DNA of 41,362 bases, from the sequence record SRR20825019_2111. The stretch is one strand, 5' to 3'. The translations under genes were made by a program, and so were the position numbers. The notes under the pieces are model-generated. The model was not told the DNA's origin. It saw only the letters and a list, made by a program, of their open reading frames with translations, and did no database searches. Shown one piece after another: positions 19,765 to 28,424 of this stretch (within the stretch, counting starts at the first letter, position 1; every line of letters begins with the position of its first letter).

Positions 19765-21402
19765 TTAAGGCTTAGGTTGCTTTGTAACTTTACCTATTCG
19801 GTAATAATCAAAATCAACATATCCGCCTGCTTCTTGTGTAGCATAATTGAACAGTCCAAAACGATAGCCCATAAAGTGCTTGGTAAAGGTGTACACCATC
19901 TGTAACGGTTTGCCGATTGGTTGCCATTCTTTTCCATCAAGACTGTAATAAAAAAGTGCTTTATCGGTATCAAAATCGCAATCGATTCTAAAATGGACAT
20001 TTTCTTGATCAATGGGGACCTGTTCAATAATTTTGGATGTAGTACTTAAGTCGTTATAAGCAAGAACACCTTGTTTCTCATCTTCCCCTTCCATATCCAA
20101 CTTTGACTCAACCATCACAATGAAGTTTTTTCCATCTTCTTTTTTCACACCAACGTATCCGTATTTGTTTTGAAGAGCAATTAGGCCTGCTATATCGCCA
20201 TTCTTCATTTGGGATATGTCGATCAAAGTACTGGCGGTGCTTTTTGGACCAAACGTGCGCTGGGTGAGCATGTTTTTGGCAAGGAGAACGTTGTTGTCCA
20301 CGCGTGCTGTGGTAATACGCAATCGCCCAGGGTTTTCCAAAATATCCCAGTTGTTGTTATCAGGGTTGTGGTTCCATTGCCATGCGAGCGGCAATTTTGG
20401 ATCGCTTATATCACGTTCGAATTCATCGGAAGCTACAATTCCAAAAATACCTTTGGAGTTATCGGCTAGATCTAAGCTTTGCGGCACTTTTCCATCAACG
20501 CCAAGTACCGGCCAACCACTTTGGAACGTCACAGGAACCAAGTAGGGGATACGTCCTACACTTCCTCTATCTCCGAACAACATAGCGTACCAATCGCCAT
20601 CGGGCGTGTTTACCAATCCCCCTTGGGCAATGCCCTTATGTTGTAGGGCGACACGGCCTTCATAAGGTCCTTCAATATTATCTGCCCTATGTATGATCAC
20701 TGAGCGTTCCCATTTGCTTTTTGGAGATGCAATGTTGAACAGATAATATTTGCCATTGATTTTATGTAGCTGGCTACCTTCTCCTGGTAATCCGCCTACT
20801 TCATCTTCACCGAATGCAAGGTTTACATTCTCAATGATTACTTTTTCAAGCCCATTGGGTTTTATATCGGATGCGTCAGGAAGTAATTCCACCAATTTGA
20901 TTTGACCACCTCCATAGATCATATATACACGTCCGTTATCATCAAAAAACAGTGAATTGTCGTGCAGAACGGGTTCAAAAGAATGGGATTCCCATGGTCC
21001 GGTCTCTGGGTTTTTGGTTTTGTAAACATGTGTTTTTCCAGAAGTGGCGGAAAAAGTTGACGCATAAAATAGGCCATTGTGATATCGTAGGCTACTGGCC
21101 CAAGACCCTTTTCCGTAGGCTTCTTTACCATTTTCCAGATTCATTTTGTCGTTTTCCACCAATCGGTCGTAGGCGTAGCCAGCGATTTCCCAGTTGACCA
21201 AATCCTTTGATTTCATGATAGGCAATCCAGGGCTCATGTGCATGGTGGTGGAGCTCATATAATAAGTGTTATTCACTCGCATGACGCTTACATCTGGAAC
21301 ATCGGCCCAAATAATGGGGTTTTCTGCAACTTGGCAAGAGGTATTGATTATACCTAAAAAAAAGAGAGATAAAAGGAATCTACAGCCCATATTCATCGCC
21401 AT
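19765..21402 (-). CDS. GH43 glycoside hydrolase (beta-xylosidase/arabinofuranosidase-like) with C-terminal beta-sandwich
   Basis: NPIIWADVPDVS, WASSLRYH, GEGSQL, WQWNHNP, FMGYRFGLFNYAT; lipoprotein-like N terminus (NTSC). Confidence 0.92.
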   Translation of the reverse strand: MAMNMGCRFLLSLFFLGIINTSCQVAENPIIWADVPDVSVMRVNNTYYMSSTTMHMSPGLPIMKSKDLVNWEIAGYAYDRLVENDKMNLENGKEAYGKGSWASSLRYHNGLFYASTFSATSGKTHVYKTKNPETGPWESHSFEPVLHDNSLFFDDNGRVYMIYGGGQIKLVELLPDASDIKPNGLEKVIIENVNLAFGEDEVGGLPGEGSQLHKINGKYYLFNIASPKSKWERSVIIHRADNIEGPYEGRVALQHKGIAQGGLVNTPDGDWYAMLFGDRGSVGRIPYLVPVTFQSGWPVLGVDGKVPQSLDLADNSKGIFGIVASDEFERDISDPKLPLAWQWNHNPDNNNWDILENPGRLRITTARVDNNVLLAKNMLTQRTFGPKSTASTLIDISQMKNGDIAGLIALQNKYGYVGVKKEDGKNFIVMVESKLDMEGEDEKQGVLAYNDLSTTSKIIEQVPIDQENVHFRIDCDFDTDKALFYYSLDGKEWQPIGKPLQMVYTFTKHFMGYRFGLFNYATQEAGGYVDFDYYRIGKVTKQPKP

Positions 21403-21606
21403 AATGTATTATTTTCAAACAGAGAGTGAAGTTAATTAAAAAAATGTAATTTACACACTTGTATTGTGTTGCTGTAAAAATGCAGTACTGCTATTATGAA
21501 ATCTATTTCTGGAAAATTGTTATAATTTACTAAAGTCCTTTTTTTAACTTACATTGTAAGTTCTTGAAGAATTTAATGATGTGGTTCAGGTCAAAATTAA
21601 AAAACC

Positions 21607-23463
21607 ATGTTTCGAAAACATATCCTATTTGTATCGTTCCTTTTTTTACTGATTGCATGCTCAGATGAAGGCTCTTCTAGCGAACAAGAAGAAGAGCAGA
21701 TCGTTGAAAATGTCCTAATAGAATTGAATATTGAAAATGACGAAATCATTACTTCGGACGAGATAACCATCACAATAACTGGAGATGCGGCAATATCCAG
21801 TTTAGAGGTTTTTTTGGATAATGGGATGATTCACAAGTTTAATGCACCACCTTTTATCATAAAGATTGAGACAGAGGCATTAGAGGACGGTGAGCATAGT
21901 TTAAAAGTTGATGCCTATTCTGAAGGCAAAATAATAGGGACCAAGACAATATCTGTCAAAATTGATAATGAAGGTCCAATTTTTGTTTTGGATGATATCT
22001 CCGAAAATGAGATTATCTGTGAGGAAGTGCAATTACATCCAAGTATAACAGATCTGGCTTCAAATGTTGAACTACTTCAGGTCTATATCGATGATTTGCT
22101 ATTATTGGAAAAGCAAAGAACGACCGATTGTTCTTTTTTATTGAACCCAAGAGAGCTTCCCACAGGTATTGGAAACCTTAAATTTATAATGGAGGACACT
22201 TCAGGTAATATTACCAAAGATTCTGTTGCAATCAATGTTGCAGACCAGTTCTTTCGAATTAGCTTTCCTAATGATTTTATGAGGAAGAATATAGAGAAGG
22301 TACATGTGTTAATTTCAGATAAGGACGGAAATTATATCGACAGTAAAACACACGAGTCTGGCGAAATCGAGACATTGTCATTCTGCTCCATGGAAGAAAT
22401 GAATCCTGCTACGGAGTTTACAATTTCCTTTATTGAGGACTTTGATAATACCATATTCAACTTTTACGTATACAATAATCTAACATTGAACATGGTTGGT
22501 GAAGAAATCACCTTAAATCAAAAGTCCGGGGGGTTGTCCCCAGCAATACTGAATATCGAAGTGCCCTTTTTTGAGGAAGGATACCAAATGAGGGCTTCAG
22601 GTCCATGGAATTCGCTTATCTATACCGGCGATGAATTTTCGGGTCATGTCTCAAGAGAGTTCAGTAATGATTTGGCAACAAACAAAACATTTATCAGTTA
22701 CTTTAATTCAAACATCGAAAACAGTTATCAATGGGCCTTTATCAGCGATTTACAATACAGAACATCCTTGCTGGAGGAAGATTTTTCAAGTGATGATGTG
22801 GAAATAAATAGCTTTGATCTCAATCGAACGTATCAAAGTACGCTGATCAAAATTACTGGATACGAAAATGAAGCTATGTACCGAGCCAGAAGCGGCCATT
22901 TGCTATACGCAGATTATCTCAGACCAAGTGGCTCATTTACCAACGCATATATTTATCCAAATATGTTTGAGTATACAACCTATTGGGGTCAGTTGTTAAA
23001 CTATACCTTCGAAGGCTCCGGAACCATACCGTCCACGATTACCGTACCCACTGCATCTGTAGATTATAGCTTCTCCAATGAACAACTAAGCTTTACCGGG
23101 TTGCCTAATTTTGAAGTTGGTCGTCTGCGGTTAGTGGGTACAAGTTCTGGTACTGGATTGCTTACACCTGAAAACCCATCTGTTAGAATGGAATTTATTT
23201 TTGATGGTCAAAATACGAATCCGACGATACCCGAAGTACCTGAAGGACTCTTTCCAGAAGCAGTAACAGAGATGTTTGCAAATAAATATTTCGAAATAAC
23301 ACAAGGGGCGGCAGAAAACTACTCGGTCTTTACTTCCTATCAAGAATATATTCAAAACGTATTGGTTCCGTCCGTTCCTTTTTACATAGCATCACCTTTT
23401 AAAGAGCGAGTGTTTAAGTCTCAGGGACCACAATGGTTGCCAGCTAATGAATTTCCATTTTAA
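21607..23463 (+). CDS. Acidic surface lipoprotein with N-terminal Ig-like domains
   Basis: Lipobox LLIAC followed by an acidic stretch; LEDGEHSLKVDAY...IDNEGP is an Ig-like (Big) repeat pattern; C-terminal part not recognised. Confidence 0.75.
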   Translation: MFRKHILFVSFLFLLIACSDEGSSSEQEEEQIVENVLIELNIENDEIITSDEITITITGDAAISSLEVFLDNGMIHKFNAPPFIIKIETEALEDGEHSLKVDAYSEGKIIGTKTISVKIDNEGPIFVLDDISENEIICEEVQLHPSITDLASNVELLQVYIDDLLLLEKQRTTDCSFLLNPRELPTGIGNLKFIMEDTSGNITKDSVAINVADQFFRISFPNDFMRKNIEKVHVLISDKDGNYIDSKTHESGEIETLSFCSMEEMNPATEFTISFIEDFDNTIFNFYVYNNLTLNMVGEEITLNQKSGGLSPAILNIEVPFFEEGYQMRASGPWNSLIYTGDEFSGHVSREFSNDLATNKTFISYFNSNIENSYQWAFISDLQYRTSLLEEDFSSDDVEINSFDLNRTYQSTLIKITGYENEAMYRARSGHLLYADYLRPSGSFTNAYIYPNMFEYTTYWGQLLNYTFEGSGTIPSTITVPTASVDYSFSNEQLSFTGLPNFEVGRLRLVGTSSGTGLLTPENPSVRMEFIFDGQNTNPTIPEVPEGLFPEAVTEMFANKYFEITQGAAENYSVFTSYQEYIQNVLVPSVPFYIASPFKERVFKSQGPQWLPANEFPF

Positions 23464-23477
23464 ATTTGAGGTTCTGA

Positions 23478-23909
23478 TTATTGTCGGGAATAATTGATTT
23501 TGATACTGCTAAATCCACCAAGGCTATCGTATCCGCACCAGATGCTTCCCCAGTCAAAATTTCGTTTAGTCCCAACCTCTCTTTGGAGCCAGTTTTTACA
23601 ATATTCCAAATGTTCCATTTCGTCTTCATAGCTCCAATTGTTCCAATTTTCTTTAAAGTAAAAAGGGACAGTGTTTATAAAAATTTCAAGGAGAATTAAT
23701 TTGTTATAGCTAAAACTCAAACGCAAAATAAAATACCTGCCATCGATCGCTACATTTCTAAAGATTATTTTTTGTTCCTGAGCATCAGAGGTTCCAATTA
23801 CTTCTGGGTTTTCGCCAAGCATGAAATCCTTTATTATATTGAAATCGGTTTTGGGACCAAATTTTATCCCTTCGTCAATGGACAAAGTGCCGGTATTCTT
23901 GTCTAGCAT
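23478..23909 (-). CDS. Hypothetical protein (143 aa)
   Basis: Clean ORF preceded by promoter copy 2; Trp-rich C-terminal motif FDWGSIWCGYDSLGGFSSI. Confidence 0.75.
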   Translation of the reverse strand: MLDKNTGTLSIDEGIKFGPKTDFNIIKDFMLGENPEVIGTSDAQEQKIIFRNVAIDGRYFILRLSFSYNKLILLEIFINTVPFYFKENWNNWSYEDEMEHLEYCKNWLQREVGTKRNFDWGSIWCGYDSLGGFSSIKINYSRQ

Positions 23910-23936
23910 CTCTTCGTGTTTTATATATAATTTAAC

Positions 23937-24005
23937 CGAAGTTCTGCAATTTCGGGAGGACAGCTTACCTAAAATTGACGAATACCCCTTTTGGGTTGAT
24001 GGATT
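23937..24005 (-). promoter_or_regulatory. Direct-repeat (LytTR-like) promoter, copy 2
   Basis: TTGACGAAT (23975) / TTGATGGAT (23996); -7-like GAACTTCG 28 nt downstream; 31/33 identical to copy 1. Confidence 0.65.
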
Positions 24006-24009
24006 GCAA

Positions 24010-26199
24010 TTACCGATTAAACCAATAGGTAAATTTGAGCGTCAGCGACCATAAATTACCTTCAAGCGGTGATAATTGCTCGTTGTTGTTGAAGACCAAA
24101 AACAAATCCGAAGCAGGGGCATAGCGCCATTGCAATCGGGAGTTGATGCCAAAATTATTGACCTGTTCGTTGTATTGGAACAGCGTGTTCCAAAACAATT
24201 TATTCGTAAAAGTAATATCGGCTTCAGTGCCCACGAGCCAAAAATCCGTGGTGTACCATGGTTCGGGCAAATCTAAATTGTTGTAACTGAGAACAGCCTT
24301 TAAACTAACATAGGGCTGAAACCTATACCCGAGTTCCGCATTAAGGTTGGTGCGGTATCCTCCTGAAAAATAATGTCCCAGACGAGTGGTCAGATTGTAA
24401 GTGAACAGACTTTTAGGTCGCGAATTATAGGAGAGGTATACGCCGTTCCAATGGTGGCGGGTCCCTGCGGCCAATTCCTCTTTTCCGGTATTAGTAGGGT
24501 CGAACGGAGCCAAAAGCTGTACATATTCGTTAAAAACATCCACTCCCAACGAGCTACGGTCCATAAAGTTTACCGCGTACCCCAAAATGGAGACATAATC
24601 GGTTGAATTCATACTCGGGTCGAAGTAGTAATAACCGGTGTACTGCGGACCATGGCTCACCACCTTATCGCTGGACGGCAGAAACAGATGCCCTACGGTA
24701 CCTTCCAATTTAATGTAATTGTTCCGGGGCACAAAACCTACTTCCGAAGTGAAGTTCTCGGAGATATACTCCTGCTGTACGCGCCAGTTCCATTTACGAC
24801 TACTGTATTCCAAATGGGCACCTTGGGCAAAACCATTATAGGTGGAATCAGGACCGAACGATTTCAGCATAAATACCTTGCCATTATATTGATTGTCAGC
24901 AGAGGCCAGATTGTATTCAAGCCCGAGATTTCTATTGAATTTAGTGTATTGTGTCTGCAGGCTATCGGCTAAGGAATTGTAATCCAGCGATTCCTTGTTT
25001 ACGAACATGAGGCCAATATTGGAGCGGGAAAATACCTTTTGTTGTAGAGATAGTACCGCAAAGTTTTGACTGGGCAATCCTGTTTCGTCCAATTTGTCGG
25101 TCTGCATATCCATTAGCCCCAAACGAAGGTTCTTGTTCAAGTTACCACTTACTCTTGCTCCGGCAACAATGGGTACGCCAAGTCCAATTCTGCGTGAAAA
25201 GAACGGGCGAATCTCATCGTATCCGAAACTGGCAAAGAGGTCCGCATTTTCAAGGAAAAATTGCCGTCTTTCAGGAAAAAATAGCTCAAAACGGGTCAAA
25301 TTGGCAACTTGACGGTCGGCTTCCACTTGCGAAAAATCAGGGTTAATGGTCAGGTCCAAATTAAGTGAAGAAGTGAGTCCAAGTTTTACGTCCCCACCTA
25401 CCTTAAATTCATTATCGTACGTAATATCCTCGATGCTAGAATTGCCGACCGTGCCCAGTACATAGGGGATGATGGAGTAGTTGAGCCCTTGTTTAGGTGG
25501 TGGGTTGTCCCAGACCATTGTGCCCGTATAGGCCAAAGAGGCTGTTGGAAATTGGCGTGGAATCGGTGTCCAGCTCGATTTTTCGTTGGTGCTCAAATCC
25601 AATCTGGAAAAATTGACGCCCCACTCGGTCACGTTTTTTTCATAACGGATGGATTTAAAGGGGATGGCCATTTCCACGACCCATTTGTCTTCATAGCTCT
25701 GTACTTCGGAAACCCATTTACTGTCCCAGTTAAGGTCAATGCTGCCACCGTTGGACATGGTTCCGTCCCATTGGGCGCCATAGGCGTTTGCCCCAAAACT
25801 AAACCCCGTGGTCTGGTTGTTGAACGGGTCCATGAACAACAAAAAATTATCGTTGCCCCCAAAGGAGAAGTCCCTACGAAGCGATTCCACCACATAGGTG
25901 TTTCCAGGCGTTTTGTAAAAGGTGGCCAAGAGATAGAGCTGTTTGTCGTCATAGACCATTTTAACTTCTGATGGCTGTGTGGCCTTACGGTCGTCCATGG
26001 GCAAAACCATAAAGAAGTCCTTGGCGGCCTCAGCTTTTTGCCAAGTGGCCTCATCACCAATACCATCGATGGTGAGGGTTTCGTCGGTTTTGTACAGATG
26101 GATTTTGTAATCGGCATTTTTCTTTTGGGCAAACGAAAATGCGCAAAAGAATATAGCAAAAGCTATAAAAGCGGGGGTGGGGTTGGTTCGGTTGATCAT
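24010..26199 (-). CDS. CBM9-like + DUF5916 outer-membrane protein
   Basis: IDGIGDEATW, WVVEMAIPFKSIRY, INPDFSQVEAD, FELFFPERRQFFLE, terminal KFTYWF; start trimmed to ATG 26199. Confidence 0.88.
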   Translation of the reverse strand: MINRTNPTPAFIAFAIFFCAFSFAQKKNADYKIHLYKTDETLTIDGIGDEATWQKAEAAKDFFMVLPMDDRKATQPSEVKMVYDDKQLYLLATFYKTPGNTYVVESLRRDFSFGGNDNFLLFMDPFNNQTTGFSFGANAYGAQWDGTMSNGGSIDLNWDSKWVSEVQSYEDKWVVEMAIPFKSIRYEKNVTEWGVNFSRLDLSTNEKSSWTPIPRQFPTASLAYTGTMVWDNPPPKQGLNYSIIPYVLGTVGNSSIEDITYDNEFKVGGDVKLGLTSSLNLDLTINPDFSQVEADRQVANLTRFELFFPERRQFFLENADLFASFGYDEIRPFFSRRIGLGVPIVAGARVSGNLNKNLRLGLMDMQTDKLDETGLPSQNFAVLSLQQKVFSRSNIGLMFVNKESLDYNSLADSLQTQYTKFNRNLGLEYNLASADNQYNGKVFMLKSFGPDSTYNGFAQGAHLEYSSRKWNWRVQQEYISENFTSEVGFVPRNNYIKLEGTVGHLFLPSSDKVVSHGPQYTGYYYFDPSMNSTDYVSILGYAVNFMDRSSLGVDVFNEYVQLLAPFDPTNTGKEELAAGTRHHWNGVYLSYNSRPKSLFTYNLTTRLGHYFSGGYRTNLNAELGYRFQPYVSLKAVLSYNNLDLPEPWYTTDFWLVGTEADITFTNKLFWNTLFQYNEQVNNFGINSRLQWRYAPASDLFLVFNNNEQLSPLEGNLWSLTLKFTYWFNR

Positions 26200-26298
26200 T
26201 GTTTGTTTAGTGAAGTAAATGTAATAATTTACTTTGTTTTTTAACAATGAATTAAAACTAGCGTGGCTATACTATCAAATAACTAAGTTCAATCAATA

Positions 26299-26349
26299 TT
26301 GGTGGATTTAGGATATAGTGGTTGGGAGTGTTTTAGGTGTTGTACTTAT
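26299..26349. repeat. Right-flank repeat of the cassette platform; paralog of 31999-32052
   Basis: TTGGTGGATTTAGGATATAGTGGTTGGGAGTG---TTTTAGGTGTTGTACTTAT aligns with TTGATGGATTTAGTATAGAGTGATTGGGAGGGGCGATTTACGTGTTGTACTTAT. Confidence 0.85.
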
Positions 26350-26468
26350 CGGTCTCGTGTATGAGCAGTAGCGGATTTTATACACTCTTTTGATGTTAAT
26401 CACCGACCTTTATTATAAAATTACTCACTTCGTTATAGCGACTAAACCGCTATTATTTTTATACACTG
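26350..26468 (-). repeat. attC-like imperfect inverted repeat after the DUF4411 gene (left core missing)
   Basis: Plus-strand arms GTGTATGAGCAGTAGCGG (26357-26374) and CCGCTATTATTTTTATACAC (26447-26466); ends in CC G|ATAAGT on the minus strand, like the site at 34250. Confidence 0.7.
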
Positions 26469-26471
26469 GCT

Positions 26472-26981
26472 TTATTCTGATTTACAAGTAAATTTTATGT
26501 TCAAATCCCTTATAAAGTCAAAATCGTCAATCCACTTAACATTCATATTATCGTAAACATGAGGGATTTTAATTTTGGTTTGTTTCTTAAAATAATCTTT
26601 CGTTTCCTTTGTCACGACAATTGCATTTTCTTTAATTGCGTGGGCAATTACCCAAGGGTCAGCCTTTGAGTGAATTCCGTTACTTGAAACTAAATATTTA
26701 TGACTTGGATTAGATGCATATATTTCTTTTAAACAGTTTGCTATTTCTCCATCAATTTTTCTAATCGGAATATCACTGTTTTTTAACCATTCAAATAAAT
26801 TGTCCTCACCTTTCTCTATTTCTTCATAAACTAATTCGGGAATAAAAATCACGCCTTTTTTACCTAAATCGTTTAAAACCTCCCAATAAGAAGGACAAAT
26901 TTCTGGAGAATAATATTTTTGCCAAGCTTGAATAAGAATATTGGCGTCAATACAGTAAACTACTTTTTCATCTTCGAACAT
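26472..26981 (-). CDS. DUF4411 family PIN-like protein (putative toxin)
   Basis: YCIDANILI, VYEEI, KADPWVIAHA, VVTKE, KIP; TAATG coupling to the upstream gene. Confidence 0.88.
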   Translation of the reverse strand: MFEDEKVVYCIDANILIQAWQKYYSPEICPSYWEVLNDLGKKGVIFIPELVYEEIEKGEDNLFEWLKNSDIPIRKIDGEIANCLKEIYASNPSHKYLVSSNGIHSKADPWVIAHAIKENAIVVTKETKDYFKKQTKIKIPHVYDNMNVKWIDDFDFIRDLNIKFTCKSE

Positions 26982-28153
26982 TAGGCTAGCAGTTTTTCAA
27001 ATTTTTGGAATTTATTAATCTGCGTGTTAAGAAGATTACTTGCAATTGATGGTGACAATGAACCGTTATTGAAAGAATCCATTACAATTCTCGTGAATAG
27101 TTTACTGTTTTTATTTAAGCGTAAAAGGTAAGCATCTGGACCTCCTTTTCTTTCTCTTTGTTTTTCCTTTTTTATCTTTTCTCTTTCTAAAAACTTCTCA
27201 AATTCATCTTGAGCATCTTGTTTCAGAATTTTATATTCTGATTGGGAAATTAAATTTAAGTTTAAAGCACGAACTAATAACGCGAAAGAACTTATGCCTA
27301 GTTCTTTTGCCTGTTTAAAAATTAAATCATTTGAATCGAATGTATCGGCTCCCAATTGTGTGATTAATTCCGTTGGCATTAGTGCATTGGCTGCAACTTG
27401 GTTACAAAACAATTCTACTGGATGAAATTTTGATTTAGGTCTATCAGTAAAATCAATATCTATTTCATTTGAGATACCCGATTTAGCTATCCAAATATGT
27501 GCTAATTCGTGGACTAATGTAAAGAGTTGTGGTGCATTCCAATTTTTTGAATTAACAAACACAAAAGGGGCGAATTTGTCAGCAATCGCAAAACCTTGAA
27601 TTAAGTCTCTATCTAGTACCAAATGTGAATGCAAATAGCTAGCACGAGATATAAATATTCCCGCAGTTTCTGCTTTATCAATCCATTCGTTAATTGGTGT
27701 TTTCTGATAATTACTTGGACTAATTTTTAAGGTGTTCAATATATCTCTAGCAACAATTTCTGGGTTATCATTGATAGAATATTTGCCAACAAAAGGAAGT
27801 TTGTCTTCGCCAATTTCTTCGTATAATTCACTTATCCAGTTCTGTTTTTCTTGAACATCACGAATTATAAATAATGATGCTGTATCTAACTTCTGAGCAT
27901 CATCTCTTCTATAATCTTGTAGTGGTTGAAAATCTTTTGGTATTTCTGGTAAAAAGAAAAGTGAAAATGGTCTTCTAAAACTTTTTGCCAAGATTTGAGC
28001 TTGTCGAATTGTCGGAAAATCATTTCCGTCCTCCCAAGTCAAATATCTTTCGGGTGATACAGAAACTTTTTTGGCAGCATCTTCCACAGAGATATTAGCG
28101 GACTTTCTTGCCCACTTTAAAATCTCGGATGTTATAAATGCTTTATCCGCCAT
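26981..28153 (-). CDS. XRE-HTH + ImmA/IrrE Zn-metallopeptidase (putative antitoxin, RosmerTA-like)
   Basis: N-terminal HTH (LKWARKSANISVEDAAKK...WEDG...PTIRQ), FTLVHELAHIW (HExxH), ELFCNQVAANALMP. Confidence 0.92.
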   Translation of the reverse strand: MADKAFITSEILKWARKSANISVEDAAKKVSVSPERYLTWEDGNDFPTIRQAQILAKSFRRPFSLFFLPEIPKDFQPLQDYRRDDAQKLDTASLFIIRDVQEKQNWISELYEEIGEDKLPFVGKYSINDNPEIVARDILNTLKISPSNYQKTPINEWIDKAETAGIFISRASYLHSHLVLDRDLIQGFAIADKFAPFVFVNSKNWNAPQLFTLVHELAHIWIAKSGISNEIDIDFTDRPKSKFHPVELFCNQVAANALMPTELITQLGADTFDSNDLIFKQAKELGISSFALLVRALNLNLISQSEYKILKQDAQDEFEKFLEREKIKKEKQRERKGGPDAYLLRLNKNSKLFTRIVMDSFNNGSLSPSIASNLLNTQINKFQKFEKLLA

Positions 28154-28190
28154 TATTTTTTATACAAAGGTAAAATTTTAATTCAGAGAG

Positions 28191-28258
28191 TGAAGTAAGT
28201 AGATTTCCGGATAAATCTTTAGTATAAATTGACCAATGCCCTATTTCAGTTGACGGAT
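28191..28258 (-). promoter_or_regulatory. Direct-repeat (LytTR-like) promoter, copy 3
   Basis: TTGACCAAT (28229) / TTGACGGAT (28250); -7-like TTACTTCA 28 nt downstream. A second canonical TACCTTTG lies nearer the ImmA start. Confidence 0.65.
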
Positions 28259-28268
28259 GCTATAATTT
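28201..28268. repeat. 68-bp direct repeat, paralog of 32482-32549
   Basis: 59/68 identical by manual alignment; includes the palindrome AGATTT-N6-AAATCT and a copy of the AAA TTA TAG end of the M1 peptidase gene. Confidence 0.9.
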
Positions 28269-28424
28269 ACCATCTTCTAAGACAAAATTTAAATTGGTTT
28301 ATGTGCCTAGGAAGATTTTCAAGAGCGAGCATCTATATCAATCTTGCGCAGTACGCAATTTATTTGATTGCCTTTTCCAAAAATGTTTTAGCCTTTTTGA
28401 TCATTGCTTTGGCAGGCTCACCTT

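Noticed and set aside
21420-21432. 13-bp match CAGAGAGTGAAGT shared with the region near 28184-28196
   Set aside because: Short, partly explained by the shared -7 box, and no direct-repeat box upstream of GH43; may be chance.
26211-26307. Seventh direct-repeat promoter upstream of DUF5916
   Set aside because: Only one half-site (TTGGTGGAT, 26299) is recognisable and the TTACTTCA box at 26218-26211 is off-register; treated as a degenerate remnant.
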